Source: Trichoplax adhaerens (taxonomy: Eukaryota; Animalia; Placozoa). From it: a DNA stretch of 64,000 nt. The notes below the pieces were generated by a model. That model did not search any database, was not told the DNA's origin, and saw nothing but the letters and a program-made list of their open reading frames with translations. Made by a program: the position numbers and the translations under genes. The stretch covers positions 2,105,836-2,169,835 of the forward strand of contig NW_002060949.1 in NCBI RefSeq assembly GCF_000150275.1, read 5' to 3'. Of the stretch, positions 1 through 13,465 are shown piece after piece (position 1 is the stretch's first letter; the number at the start of each line of letters is the position of its first letter).

Positions 1-48
1 CAGCAATTACTTTAATAAATGATTTATAATTCTATTTGACTTTTGAAG

Positions 49-1960
49 AACCTATGCGTAAGTATGGGCCTTACCTTCCAAAAGTGACTATCATCTCGCC
101 AACGTGTGTTAAACGTCATCAATTTCATTCCAACTTAATTCGAATGTTTCAACATCAAAGATACGGTGGAGAGAAAGAGCTCCTAATTTATGATGGTGCT
201 TGCAAATCTAAATCATCAGATGATAAATCAGTCAAATCGAAAGTAGTACTAAAAGCAATGGAAGAGGACAGTAGAATCAGATATTATTATGAGCCCTTAA
301 AAATCAAAAAGGGCGAGGATCATGTAAAACTTGGTAGCAAAAGGAATTGGATGATTGCTAATAGCACCGGAGAAATTATCGTCCATTTCGACGATGACGA
401 TTACTACGGTCCTAATTATTTGCAACATATGATAACAACGATGATAATGCGTAAAGCCGTGATGATCAAGTTAATAGGTAATATGATAGATCAAGACAAC
501 AAATTCCAATTCTATTTTAACACAATATTTGGGTTATAACATGCTTGCTGTAGCACATTGATACATGATAGATTTAGTTCAACATGTTTTTATAAACCTC
601 CGATCTGAATGCTTCAATTGAAACAATTTTAGCCTGGTTTATTTATGGTGAGCAATATCAAGATGGCAGACGTACAGAATCATTCGCCTACTATGATTAT
701 ACTGTCAGCCAATCGAAAGGCTGGGGCTGGAATCTTGTTTATAGAAAGGAATTATTAGGTAATTTAAATAAAATCGAAAGCTTAAGCATTCATTCCTATG
801 TAAGGTTCTACGTTCTTTAGATATTGGGATAGCTATACGTATTTGATCAGCACAACGACTCGATTCCACAGTGATTATTCCATATTACTATTTGGTGTTA
901 ACGTGTTAACCCTGTAACATTATTACGTTAAGCCACCTGTCTTTGTATTCATGTTACTAATGTGAAATTTTGGTGAGCCTTTCATTCGAAAATGACATTA
1001 AGTATCACTCTCTTTACAGATCAGGTGAAATTTAGAGACGCCGATTTCATGGAAGAAGATCACTTCGTCAATACAATCTTCACGAACGGAAACAAGTAAT
1101 CTACAACACTTGCTAATTATGCGTTACACTACTATTTGTTATATCGAATATTTAGTAGCGTATTTTTATACGAGCTTTAAGATATCTTTTCCATTTCATA
1201 ATAATAATAACAATCATGTAGCTTTAGAAACTTAAAAATTGATAATTTTTACGGTAAATGTTCGCTTTGGCTTATAGCTTAGATTTGTCCTGGATTAACA
1301 TTATCCAACACATGATAGTAATTGTCAGCCATTTTTAATATTCATCTAGAGTACACTTTATGCAAGATAAAAATTTCTTAGCCATGAAGGTAAGCAATGA
1401 TTTAGTTACCCAATTTTTATTATCCAATCTGAAAATAACTACCTAAATATTTACGTAGGAAAAGTATCTGTTAAACTTTGCGCGATAGGAAAATTATCAT
1501 TCAGTTTAATTTAATGCTTTATTTCATAACACTAATACTTTTAGATGGCGACACAAATTTACACGTTGGTCTCTTCATTTGATAATGTATAATTTTGTAA
1601 TGATAGTTTGTTACAGGATCGCTTGTAAGATCTACTGGGATGCCGTTATGCAAGACGTCAGGTAGCGACTATAAAATTTGTGATCGTTATGAATTACCAA
1701 GATGGCTCGCGGAAAAAAGTAAGTTGAAATTGACTTGTCAATAGTGTAAGATACTACACTAAATAAACCTTAACCATATTATAACGAGCATGAGTATAAA
1801 CTTTAAACCGTCTCTATTCCTTTAAAATAGGATACTTTTAGTTGTATTAAGGCTAATGTAATAGCTTCAATCCACAAATTAAATCATGCCATTTAAATTA
1901 ATTCATTTAGGCTTTGGATCACAAATTAAGGACTGGATTAAAATGGTCAACACAAGATAG
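49..1960 (+). CDS. Family-2 (GT-A fold) glycosyltransferase, multi-exon, probably 5'-truncated by the window edge
   Basis: Exons ~49-477, 633-758, 1020-1095, 1350-1389, 1607-1718 and 1911-1960 join in frame through GT-AG introns, ending ...WIKMVNTR-TAG. GT2 motifs: KVTIISPT, ELLIYD, LGSKRN..STGEIIVHFDDDDYY (DxD). Confidence 0.8.
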
Positions 1961-4070
1961 CCAGTTTTATTTTTTATAATAAAATTTTGCAAGCCAATCT
2001 ACTTATCATACTACCTTAGGACAAGACTTTACTGGTCGTCTGTATGAATATAGATTAGCTATATTACATAGTTAAATGAAAAGATATTTCATTGTAAATA
2101 TATACTGTAATACAAAAGTGTCATTAAAATTGAAGTATTTTTCTAATAAGAGGTTGACTTATCTTATCCGTAGCTTTCCTATATTAGTAACAGGCAGTTT
2201 TGTTGCAATAGGACTGTCATGATCAAAATCAGAGTGATTATTTGCCATAGTAATTTTTATTTGACTGGCGGGTTAACAAGTATGACCTAGACCAGTACCA
2301 ATAGATATCCCATACTTAGTATTCAATGTAATACGAGTACAGCCCTAATAGTCCATGCTTTTAACTAGTTAGGTCTATAATCATACACAAAAGATCTTCA
2401 AGCGCTATGCACAGCATTTCAATTTATCTCTTCGCGATATCCTTCATAGTGGAGATATTCAAATGAAAACGTCCTAGAAATAATCGATCAGAAGAACATT
2501 AGCGAAATTTTACGTAAATCTTATTCTCAATCGTATCTTCAATGCTGTTATTGAGATCAAATATTTGTCGGTGTACAGCATTAGAATAGGGTTTTTATTA
2601 CCCAACTAGATTCCTCAGAACTAGTGAATTAACCCTAGTTAAGATAGGTAGCTCCAGAATTAGCAAATTTTCTTAATGATCCGGCAAATGTTAAGATAAT
2701 CGTAGAAATTAACTAATACGTGAGAATTCTATTATTATGGAATACAAATTTGCCATTAATATTTAACTTTCAGCTTATATATGTACGTGTATAAGCAAAT
2801 GTAATACAATTAAGCTATACGAATTGTCATGTAGTATACACGAAAATGCAGGGAAGTAGACATAATTCAAAGTGATACTTTAGTGATTGCCAAAATCAAA
2901 ACCTATAAGTTAGAATTAATTTCTTTGCACGATCTTTTTTCATTTATAGTTTGTTCCATACTACTGTACTGTATGTCTATCCAAAACATCCAGTTATAAA
3001 ACCCCCACGTCCGATATTGCAAGACTATCACGATGGAAATGGTTCTCGTTTCACAAAATACTGTTGTCTGCGTCGTTGCTAAACTAATGATTGTTGCTTA
3101 ATGAATCTTTTTGCTCTATTTCCGATAAGGTACATCTCTGTGGCGATGATGTCGTTATAGTCGATATTGCTATGTGTAATTGAGAAAAAAAATGATTGAA
3201 ATGAATCTTTTAACAAGGATATTCATATTTACGCTACTTGGTAGCTTAAAGTCTTGTCAGACAATTGTGAAAGTAATCCTGTCCTTGCTATTTTATGATG
3301 TGAGTTTGCGTAATACTATAGCAAGCAAAGATATTTCCTAAAGTTAATCATTTAACGTGCTAACATGCGGATGCATTGAATACCCTTTCACAAAGATGTT
3401 ACTATCTACGTGGTTAGCTTAAGATGCTTAGCATAATCCTTGAAATACCCATATTTTCGTTATTTATTAGCTATCATATTTTCGTATTTAAGTTTACAAG
3501 ACCATGCTAATTGGAATGCTTATTCTTTCGCAGAGATACTCTGTCTATTAAATGATTGACATGCAATTCTAGAAAGAGAACTATTTCAGTTACCTTCTTG
3601 ACAGATTGTTATTTTACACTATTACTATATCTAACAGCGATGACCGCATAGTTGATGTTATCATGCTAATTACTTTAGAAATCGATGCCTTCCATAAATA
3701 CTAATGGTCCTGGCTACACAATCATTAGCGTAAAGGCTCTGGCGAAATCATGGAAAATGGTCATGATTTGCCATTTAACTTGATATGGCTTAGCGCCATA
3801 TCAAGTTCAGATGTTCTCTCAAATCGATGTTATATTAGTACTCAAAAGCAACTGAAAATAATCTTTAACAATGGAAATTCTGACATTGCCTGATTTATCG
3901 ACATCATTTTGTTTGTTTTATACGATACCAGTTGTCTAGAAAAAGAAATGGCTAAAATATCAGGAAAAATGGAAAAATGATGATTTAAAATCTATTTGTT
4001 TCTTTCGCATCACCGTGGAAATACCACAGTACTCGATTCCTCCGTCTTCTTTGGGCTGACCTTACTTGAT

Positions 4071-4860
4071 ATTAGACCTAGTCAGAATATTTTTTCACTC
4101 CATTCCAGCCCTCGAAAAGAATTGAAGTGATTGTCTTTTTATGAAAATGCTGTTGTCTGCGTCGTTATTTATAATAATTTCTCGGAAAAGCGCACATTTT
4201 ACCATTTATAGGCTTTGAAAAAAAATTGATTTAGTCGCAAAAAAATAAGCAACAGACTGCTATTCTCATACCGTAACATGCTAATCGAGAATTTAGCTAG
4301 AATAAAATGCAATAATAATTATGATATCGAATTAGATCTAGTCCAGAGTATTTTTTTCTTTCCATTACAGCCCTCGAAAAGAATTAAAATGATTATCCCT
4401 ATAAGAAGATGCTGCCGTCAGCGTGATTATTTATAGTAACATATCGACAGAATTACGGGAAAGCCAATATTTTACCATTTTTAGACTTTGAAAAATGTTT
4501 ATTTACTGTTATTGGCTGAAATAAGCCACAGACTGCTGTTCTTATAACGTAACATGCTAATCAAGGATTTAGCTCAGAATAAAATAAAATAGCAATGATA
4601 CTGTATTATATCTAGTTAGAGTATTCTTTTTACCCCATTACTACAGCACTCGAAAAGAATTGAAATGATTTGTCTTTTCATGAAGATACTGCCTTCTGTG
4701 TCGTTATTTACAGTAATTTCTTAACATAATTACGGGAAAGCCAATACTTTGTTATTTTTAGGCTTTGAAAAAGGTTTATTTAGTCACAAAGAAATAAACA
4801 ACAGACTGCTACTCTCATACCGTAACATGTTAATCAAGGATTTAGCTCAAAATAGAATAA
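4071..4860. repeat. Three diverged tandem copies of a ~260-275 bp unit
   Basis: Blocks attag..tctagt, ctcgaaaagaatt, cagactgct and cgtaacatg(c/t)taatc recur in units starting near 4071, 4331 and 4605. Confidence 0.9.
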
Positions 4861-6044
4861 TATTGACAATGATAGAATCAAAAGTTGCAAAAAGAATAAT
4901 GATTAACTTCGATTGTTATAGGGTAGGTGTTAAATACTTAAAAAAAGGATAAAAAAAATTTTTCAACGAGCTGCCGGATTATGCAATAGTTTAAAGTGCT
5001 TGTACACTGTATACTAAAGACCAGCCTTTTATTCGTGACTTCTTTCAATTAAAATCAGATGAACAGTAAATATCTAATGGCACGGCCAATGTCGAAATCC
5101 ATATACAAAGAATAACAGTCTTGATAAATGAGCCACTTCGCCATTCTATCTGGTTGAAAATATCGTCTACTAGCATATCCACAGTAAATATCGAACAGCA
5201 TGTTTGCTACTATGAAGAGAAATGTTACCGCATAACATACGCGTAGATGTATATTCTGAATTTACTCCCTTTGTCTACCTGAAAGACATATTTGCCATAG
5301 CATTTATTGCTTGTAGCTCTAGTAAAACAAGCATAAAATAAGTTATGCTGATTCTCCTCCTCATTCGGAAAATTTCATCGCTATCCAAGACACTATCGTA
5401 GGTATCTACAACCTGCTTTGAAGTAAGCGTAAATAGACATTATTCTATGCTTTAGTAGGTCTCTTCCTTACTAGTCTATTTTATGAAATGATCAAGCTTT
5501 CCGTTAATGAAAAATCCGTCCAAATACCTCGTTGTCAACACAGCAAGATTTTAGCTTAGAGACGTAATCATTGAATCACTGGAGATCTTTGTCACAAGAG
5601 CAATTTGCAGTGTTAAATCGTTGGTATAGCCTATACGTGTGCGCTATAGTGACTAAAATTGCAGAAGGAAGTAATAGTTATCTAGATCTTCTTTTGGAAA
5701 TGATATAAGTACTGCAGAATATTTTTAGTTTTAATGGCTACAAACATGGGTGAAAATAAATCAATTTAAAATCAATAGAGTACAGACCTGATTCATATTC
5801 ACCTTGAAATTATTTCTGATGAATAAGTCATTAGAATAGATGCTGAACTCTTTGCAAGTTTGTAAATATTCCAAGGTTCATTTTATCTCGCATAACATTT
5901 ATGAGGACAGCGGTCAATGTTAACCATTCTGTAACCGCATCAGTGGTTACTATTATGGCTAGAGAGAGTAACCCGTCTGGATTAGTAAATCACAACTTAA
6001 TATCGTCTGTACTATCGCTTTCTTTACTATTTAAATTCTCGAAG

Positions 6045-7545
6045 ACCATAGAAACGAGGTCACAATCATTGAAATAGTTCCAGTTGTATCCTTAAATTAC
6101 TTAAAAAAATGACTCTCAATGCTATTTCGAATTGCATTTAATTGGCACATGGTAAACCAGATTAGATTTCTTGCTCTAATCGCATCCTATTCAGTTAATA
6201 CGAAAAATATCCTCAGAGTACTATAATAATTGCAAATCGTATTTGCCTTATACAGAAATGGATGAGGTTACTATCATTGAGCAACCACAATTGCATCCTT
6301 AAAATTACTTTAAAAATATTTTACACGGAATCCTATTCAACTCACATTTATCTTGCCATAAAAATAAACGAGATTACAAATCTTTCTTCCACTCTATCCC
6401 TTTAAGGTTAGTAATTTCTTTTAAAAATTTATACAGAATCTTATTTTATATCGTAATTATCTTTACATAAAAATAAACGAGATTGTTATCATTGAAACGG
6501 TTCTATTTGTGTCCTTAACGACTAGTAACTACTTTCAAAAATGATACAGAATCCTATTTCAAGTTCTATTCCTCTCAGCAGGAAAAATAAACGAGATTAC
6601 ATTCATTAAAACAACTTCATTTATGTCCTTAATGGTTAGTAACTACTTTCAATATTGGTACAGAATCCTATTTCAAGCTCTGTTTCTCTTGGCACGAAAA
6701 TAAACTAGATTACATTCATTGGAACGGTTCCATTTATATCCTTAACAGCTAGTTACTACTTTTAAAAATGATATAGAATCCAATTTCAAGTTATACGAGT
6801 ATTTCTCTTGGCACGAAAAATAAACGAGACTACAATCATTGAAATGGCTCTATTTGTGCCCTTAATTAACAGTCAACAACTATCGTACTTTAAAAAAGAT
6901 GATACAGAACTTTATTTTAAAGCTATATTTATCTTGGTGCAAAATAAACGAGGTTTCAATGTTTATTCTAACGGTGCCTTTATAGCCTAAAATTCCTTAA
7001 AAATGCCACAGAATCCTACCTCAAGTTATATTTATCTTGGTGTAAAAATAAACGAAGCTTCAATTTTTATTCCAATCGTATCCCTGGTAGTCTACAATTC
7101 CTCGAAAATGGCATAGAATCCTATTTCAAGTTCTATTTGCTCTGCTACAAAAATAAAGGAGATTATAAATTCTTCCTTCACTAGTATCCTTTACCGGCCA
7201 TTCACTTCTAAAAAAATTATTATCAGAATCTCCTTTCTTTAAGCAATTATAGCCTTTACATAAAAGAAACCAGATTGTAATCATTGAAACGGCTCCATTT
7301 GTGCCTTTAACAGCTAATAACTACCGTAGCTTAAAAAGATACAAAAGTCTATTTCAAATTACATTTGTCTTGGCATAAATAAATAAATAAACGAGGTTAT
7401 AATCTCTACTCTAATTTTATTCTTTTATAGCTCATAACTCCAGCAAAAGAAAATTGTAAAGCCTTATTTTAAGTTGTATTAGCCTTAGCACAGAAATTAA
7501 TAGGATTACAACCCCTGAAATGGTTGCAACTGTATCCATTACTAT
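6045..7545. repeat. Degenerate tandem array, ~14 units of ~102-124 bp
   Basis: Anchor aaaataaacgag(a/g)ttac near 6052, 6154, 6260, 6366, 6475, 6589, 6702, 6822, 6946, 7050, 7155, 7267, 7390 and 7500. A second anchor, cagaatcctatttcaagtt, occurs in most units. Confidence 0.9.
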
Positions 7546-7719
7546 CAAGAATCCATTTATTACAGGATCATATCTTAATAGATGGATGGTATTACAATAA
7601 TATTCATATTAGCCCTATTCATGTGCTCGTCGGAGACAAAAAAAACAGAAATTATATTCTATCAATGGAGCTGATAGATTGATTCAATTGCTTTAGATTG
7701 AAAATAAATTCATCGCATA

Positions 7720-8100
7720 GTCCATTCTATCCTATTTTGCCAACATGTTCGATATTGCCATTGATCCAATGAATAGATCACGTAACCCATTTTATTCCTA
7801 TTTTGCCGACACTACATTTGTAATATCTCTGTTAATACAAATGAATTAGGTTGTACCTATCACCCATTCTAGGTGCCTATTTTGATATCCTATCTGAAAT
7901 CTCGATTTAAATCGACTAGAAATGGGTATAAAATTCGAATTTACAAGGCTATGAAATATCTTTTTATGATATGAAATGAACCAATCCTAGGACTTATTCT
8001 ATCTTACCAGCCCATCCAATATCACCATTGATACCAATGAACGATTACATAACCCCATTTGGTCCTTATTTAGCTAAGTTATTGAATAACTTCATTGATG
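7720..8100. repeat. Highly degenerate ~70-80 bp tandem repeat
   Basis: Recurrent ccattc/ccattt..cctattttg and ccattgat(a)ccaatgaa blocks. Confidence 0.55.
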
Positions 8101-8784
8101 CATGACAGATAGAAATTAACAATCATATTATTTATTTCAACCAAGTTGAACAGTAGAAAAGTACTAGCAATGAAACTTTCAAAACAGTAGAAATCATCAA
8201 AAATCCATGGCTTAACTCATTTTCATTTTCAGGTAAAAGACAATCTTATTCATAATCAAATAAAGATGTTATCCCCATTTATTGGGTAAGAAAAGTAGAA
8301 TGTGAATAATACCAAATGTGAATGAAATTAAATCAAATTGAACAATACATCAGCAGCAGATTTAGTGAATAGGAATCATCAGCAAACAAAACCTACTACC
8401 GGGTGTTGACAAATAAACGTGTATAAAAAGGTTTCTACTAAATAGTGGAAAGAACCGATCACGTGCATGATAGGAGAAGATCAAGTTTAGATATTGGACT
8501 AAAGAAGATCAATTTACATAGGGAATAACATTGGAAATATTATGGGTTAAATGGGAAGTAATCAATTGAACCCAGCTGTTACACTAGCTGTATATTCAAG
8601 AGTACAAATTATAGAGAAATTTTTAATGCTATTTATATCATAATAAACACCTCGCATCGCCAATTGATTCATGTCAAAAAGTTGCATCAAGGCTGGAAAG
8701 GCAGAGTGAGAATAAGGTTATCATCAAGAAAGAAATATTATCTCAAGACGGCTAAGAAAAAGAACAAAATTAAAATCTCTCACC

Positions 8785-9081
8785 ATGTCTAAGAAAGAAT
8801 TACAAAAATCTCAAGCGCAAGTCAAACAAGTGATGGATATTATGCAAAAAAATGTGGATAAAGCTATCGAAAGAGAAGAGAAAATTAGTGTATTAAATGA
8901 AAGAGCCGATAGCCTTTATAGCCATGCATCTGAATTTGAAACCAATGCCGCTCAACTTAAAAATAAGTACTGGTGGAAAAATTTCAAAATGTGGATCATT
9001 TTGATCGTTACCATTATCTTAATCGTAGTGGCTATCGTAGTTTGGATTGTACTTTCACATGTTAAAAAATCCAAACCATGA
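8785..9081 (+). CDS. Synaptobrevin/VAMP1-3-like R-SNARE, intronless CDS
   Basis: 98 aa. NVDKAIEREEKISVLNERADSL..ASEFETNAAQLKNKYWWKN aligns with the VAMP2 SNARE motif (zero-layer R, juxtamembrane YWWKN) and is followed by a C-terminal TM helix. Good start context (caccATG). Confidence 0.95.
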   Translation: MSKKELQKSQAQVKQVMDIMQKNVDKAIEREEKISVLNERADSLYSHASEFETNAAQLKNKYWWKNFKMWIILIVTIILIVVAIVVWIVLSHVKKSKP

Positions 9082-9936
9082 CACTCGTCGACAACACCAT
9101 CCAATATAACCACGTAAGAAGAGTTCAGTCCACCACTCATCTATCATATTATATTACAAAAATTGGACCATTTCGAGCGTCTAATGAAGCGTTGTAATTC
9201 TGCCATCCGTTCGTAAAATTATATTACCCTGTTAGAGAATTGTTGTTGGATTTTAGCATTTATAAACAGAAATTTACTTTAGGCAATATCTATCGATAGC
9301 GATATATTAACAAAGGTAAAATCAGTGCTCAAAAACACCATTTGCATACATCACCTTACATTCAATCTTATACCATAGTGGTCTACAACTATTGGATAGA
9401 ACAATGATTGGTGTTTAGTTTCATTAGATCAAATGATTTTCAATACTCTATATGCACAACCTTAATGATAGGCGTCGACTAGTTCATATTATAATAACCT
9501 ATGAAAAATTACTTGATATTCATTTACTAAGGCTACTTTCTATAAAACTGCAGTATATTTACTTGTCAATTTTGTCCAAACTTAAATACGAATGAATCTA
9601 TCACATCTAGGCTATCTTAGTACAGTAGTCCTTGCTAGAAGGTAAATACTGTAAAATATCTCTAATCGCAATTGCTGGATTCATTAAAATAATATATTCA
9701 AATTCTATTGTAAAGAAATCAACCTAAAGAAATAACTCCCTAAGCTAGAAGCTTGAATCATGCCGAAATATATTAAAATCAACTACTATAGAAATATTTG
9801 ATCAAAGTTAAAATGGTGTAAAAAATGAAAGATTCAGTTATAAAAATTGTTTATTTCTTAATTTTCAATGCCTGAAATGATATCAACTTTTCCAAAATGT
9901 GTTACAATATCATTTAACAATTCTTGACATATTATT

Positions 9937-12900
9937 TTATCGTGTTAACTGTAACTGACTTAGACACGAACGTTTCCTATTTGTCATATGAATACTAATA
10001 ATATCGGCATATAACGGTCTTCTTAATAAACTATAAGCAGTCGTTAGCAAGTGCAGAGCAAAATTATTGAATTCTTCACCCCTACAAAACAAATCAATTC
10101 CAAGCTCAAGTCCCATACCATAATCGCATTCATCGTTTGCAAATTGTACGTAAGTGATGAGTTCTTCTAACGGTTCTAGAAATTTCAGTCTTTGAGCCGT
10201 GTTCTTGCATTTTTCAATATTAGTTAATATTTTACCAAGGGCTGCATTAGTAACATTCAGGGGCCTATATCCAATATCTAATTTCTTATCTACTGGAACC
10301 ACAATACCAAGCGTATGAAATGTATTAGCGACAACATATTTCTTCCTTTCCTTTACGCTTTTACTATTAACGCTTAAGTCGAAATGATATCTTGCAGCCC
10401 ACTCTTGCAATTTGCTGGCTAGTTCATTTATTTCTTTCTTTGCCGCTTTACGATTCAGTTGATTGTCAATATAGGTTCTGTCATAAGCAAAATGATATTG
10501 TAATTATAGTATCAATATAACTTTAAATGATATTACGACATCCTACATCTGATTTATTGATTGGATAACTCAAGCTTATTTCTATAGTCAATATTTACAG
10601 ACGAGAATAGGTAGCATTTGCAAATTAAGTGAAATTAAAAATTTCCACATCACGTCCAAATATTCATCTGATAAACTACTCACTTGACTGCAGCGAAAAG
10701 GTTAGTACCCATACATTTAAGTTCACACGAATTGCCTCCAGTATTGCTTGCGACTAAATCTGGCAATTTATCTGGATCATCCCTGAAGTTATACGTTAAA
10801 AAAGCATACGCAGTTTAGAATAAATCATGAAGTGGTTACATGATACATTCGTTATACTTTCAACAATGATAATCGTTTGTTCCCCAGCAACTTTAAAGCT
10901 ATACTAATTGAGAATGATTTATTCGGAAGTAAAAGTTAATAATATACTGTACAGTTAACTGCCCCACAATGCATGGTTTAATGATAAGAGACGATATTAC
11001 ATTAAATTTCTTGAAATTTAAAATTCGAGAATTAACGTCCAATGCAGTTAAAGTTATAGTAGACATAACTATCATATAGCATTGGCTTCGAGCCGGCCGC
11101 TTACTCGATTTATCAACAGACAGGTCTACCGACTGGTCTTACTAGTCTCTGGTAAAAGGGCAAGAAGTACCTACATAATAACTTAGACTAGTAAGAGGTC
11201 ACAAGTTCCATGGCTACTTAATGAATCAATGATCATTTCCTGGGTAATACAACCACCGTAAAACAACCCTACTTAGGCTACAAATTCTTTGCTTCAATAT
11301 CATAACATATTTATCAGAATTTCATATGTAAAATAGTAATCGAACCTTTTTCAGGTCTAACCAGCACTTTATTTCTAAATACATATCATGTAAGCTTACT
11401 ATCCTACCACTACTTTTTGGTGTGTTCTAATTAACCCAAAAGGCAAATATGCAATTCATAATATATATAGGTAATTGTTCACAGGTATGCTACCACCATT
11501 ATTACTACTGTACTATCTAAATGAGCGAGTACAGGCTACCTACTACATCTTCCACAATACTACAGCATCGCGACAGGCACTAATTACTAATTTATATAAA
11601 TTTCAAATATATTTAAGCATGCAAGCCAAAATTGTCATGTAAGAGTAAAACAGCTCCTAAAGCTGAGCCTATAATATAAGGGGTCAGTTTATTTCTCGCC
11701 GGTTAAAACATTTGAATCAAGATCTAATAATGTAATCAAAGCATGCACATATCAAATAAAATCGATAGCACACAGTACCTATAATAGCCAAAATGATACG
11801 AACTTTCATCTTCTCTGGCTAGCAAAGTCATCATTTCGGGGGGATCGTAATAAAATCTCCAGTGTAAATAATAGGAAGTTATCGATGATTCATCTCTATC
11901 ATCAAATTGACCAGCTAAAACGTCGAAAGCTCCAACCAGTTTTAACTGTAGGGTATCCATTAAAGCATCTATAAAATCATTTATTTAACGGAGCAAAACA
12001 AGCAAAGTATGCTAAGAATCGCATATCATAGAGAAAGTACTGTAAGAAGTACGCTTTCTCACGGTCATATCAGCAATGTAAAGCGCTATAACTTTTGAGA
12101 AGTTAAAAGTCAAGGTATAGCTGTACCTGATGGAGCTGTAGGATTTACTTCTTGGCAAAATTCATAGAACCTAAAGAAATCGTCTGGCATAGTAACACCG
12201 AATTTTGCTTTCATGAATTCAATCCGTTTGCTGTAATCGATCTCAGAATCATGCTCCTTGCTTTTTTTATTAGACGGCACACTGTCCTGGAATTCTTCTT
12301 CAGCATTTTTTCTTTTCCCTGATCAGAATTCAATTAAGTTTAGCTCTGATTGTATCGAACATATAATTTGGTATGACATAGCTTGGAATTTACAGTCGAT
12401 ATAATCAGAGAAATACTATTATCAACAGTCATCCAAATGAGAATTACTTTTGTCATGTATAGTAACGATCGTTGCTGTTCATATCGTATGGTACATTTAT
12501 GAGTGTGCAATAGATATAATCTACAGTTATATACCGAATAAGAATTGCTTTTATCTTATATCATAATAATAATACAGTATAGTCATTGCTGTTCATATCC
12601 TACAATTACGAGTTTGCAGCAAGTGTAATTCGATAAATGGATCTTGTACAATCACCGAACGAGAGCTATCTTTATCATGCAGCTTAAAATCTGCATTATG
12701 TAATCGTTGGTGCAATTTCGAATTCTAGAGAAGGTAGATAATTTATTACAATACCCAACTTATTGCACTTATATTCTAGCAAATATTTCACGATTTAAAA
12801 ATTAATCATGCCTTCACGAATACATAATTTGGGTAGAGGTGAAATAACGTTAGGAGAATACTTTGTAAATAGTACCTGAAGATTCCACATTCGATGCCGT

Positions 12901-13465
12901 TGGCTGTTTCTAGAAAGTCATAATAACATAGATATGTTTAAAAGTTATTAGTCATCATCATATGGCTCTATCAAAATGGAGCAACATCCAATCTTATGAG
13001 GATTTAAACCGCGCACAGCAATAATAATATTTCCTTGCAAACATGGAAACGATTGACGTGGCTGTTCTGATACCCCTACTTGGGAAATCTCCTCGATTCT
13101 GGTTAACTTCCAGAAATAATAAGGTATTAAACTATACCAGGTGATCTCATAATGTATTAAGCTACTGCAAAGCGGACAGAATTGAACCATGGAATTACCC
13201 AGTCAATTTAATTGAATAACTAGAACATGCCTTGATTAATTATCATTATGTGAAAGGCATTATATCGTAATTCTAGCAATTGAAACTATTTCAACTTGTG
13301 CAATCTTGCAGCTACGATCTCACCAAGATCTCTACAATATCCAGAAACTATTTTCAAATTAAAATTACAGCAGTGCTTCTACTCTATCGATTTCAAATTC
13401 GTAAGACAAAATGGCTACACTGCAATGTGTTTACTATTTACCTTTACAAGCTTTCTTGGCGCCAT
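9937..13465 (-). CDS. HPF1: Histone PARylation factor 1 (C4orf27 family)
   Basis: Exons 13465-13442 (MAPRKLVK), 12909-12876, 12318-12127, 11968-11779, 10782-10684 and 10477-9937 join in frame. Motifs MPDDFFRFYEFC, LKLVGAFDVLAG, LHWRFYYDPPE, GYRPL and QFANDECDYGMGLELGIDLF (catalytic Glu retained). Confidence 0.93.
12440..12680. repeat. Short diverged direct repeat (~118 bp period) in an HPF1 intron
   Basis: ttgctgttcatatc..tac..ttt/attacgagt.tgca occurs near 12472 and 12586. Confidence 0.55.

Noticed and set aside
6045-7545. CRISPR-like repeat-spacer array
   Set aside because: The intervening segments are homologous to each other rather than unique spacers, the repeats are degenerate, the context is eukaryotic and there are no cas genes.
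8952-9140. Antisense ORF over VAMP (likewise 16816-17046 and 18367-18564 over LDLR-family exons)
   Set aside because: Shadow or alternate-frame ORFs of real coding exons.
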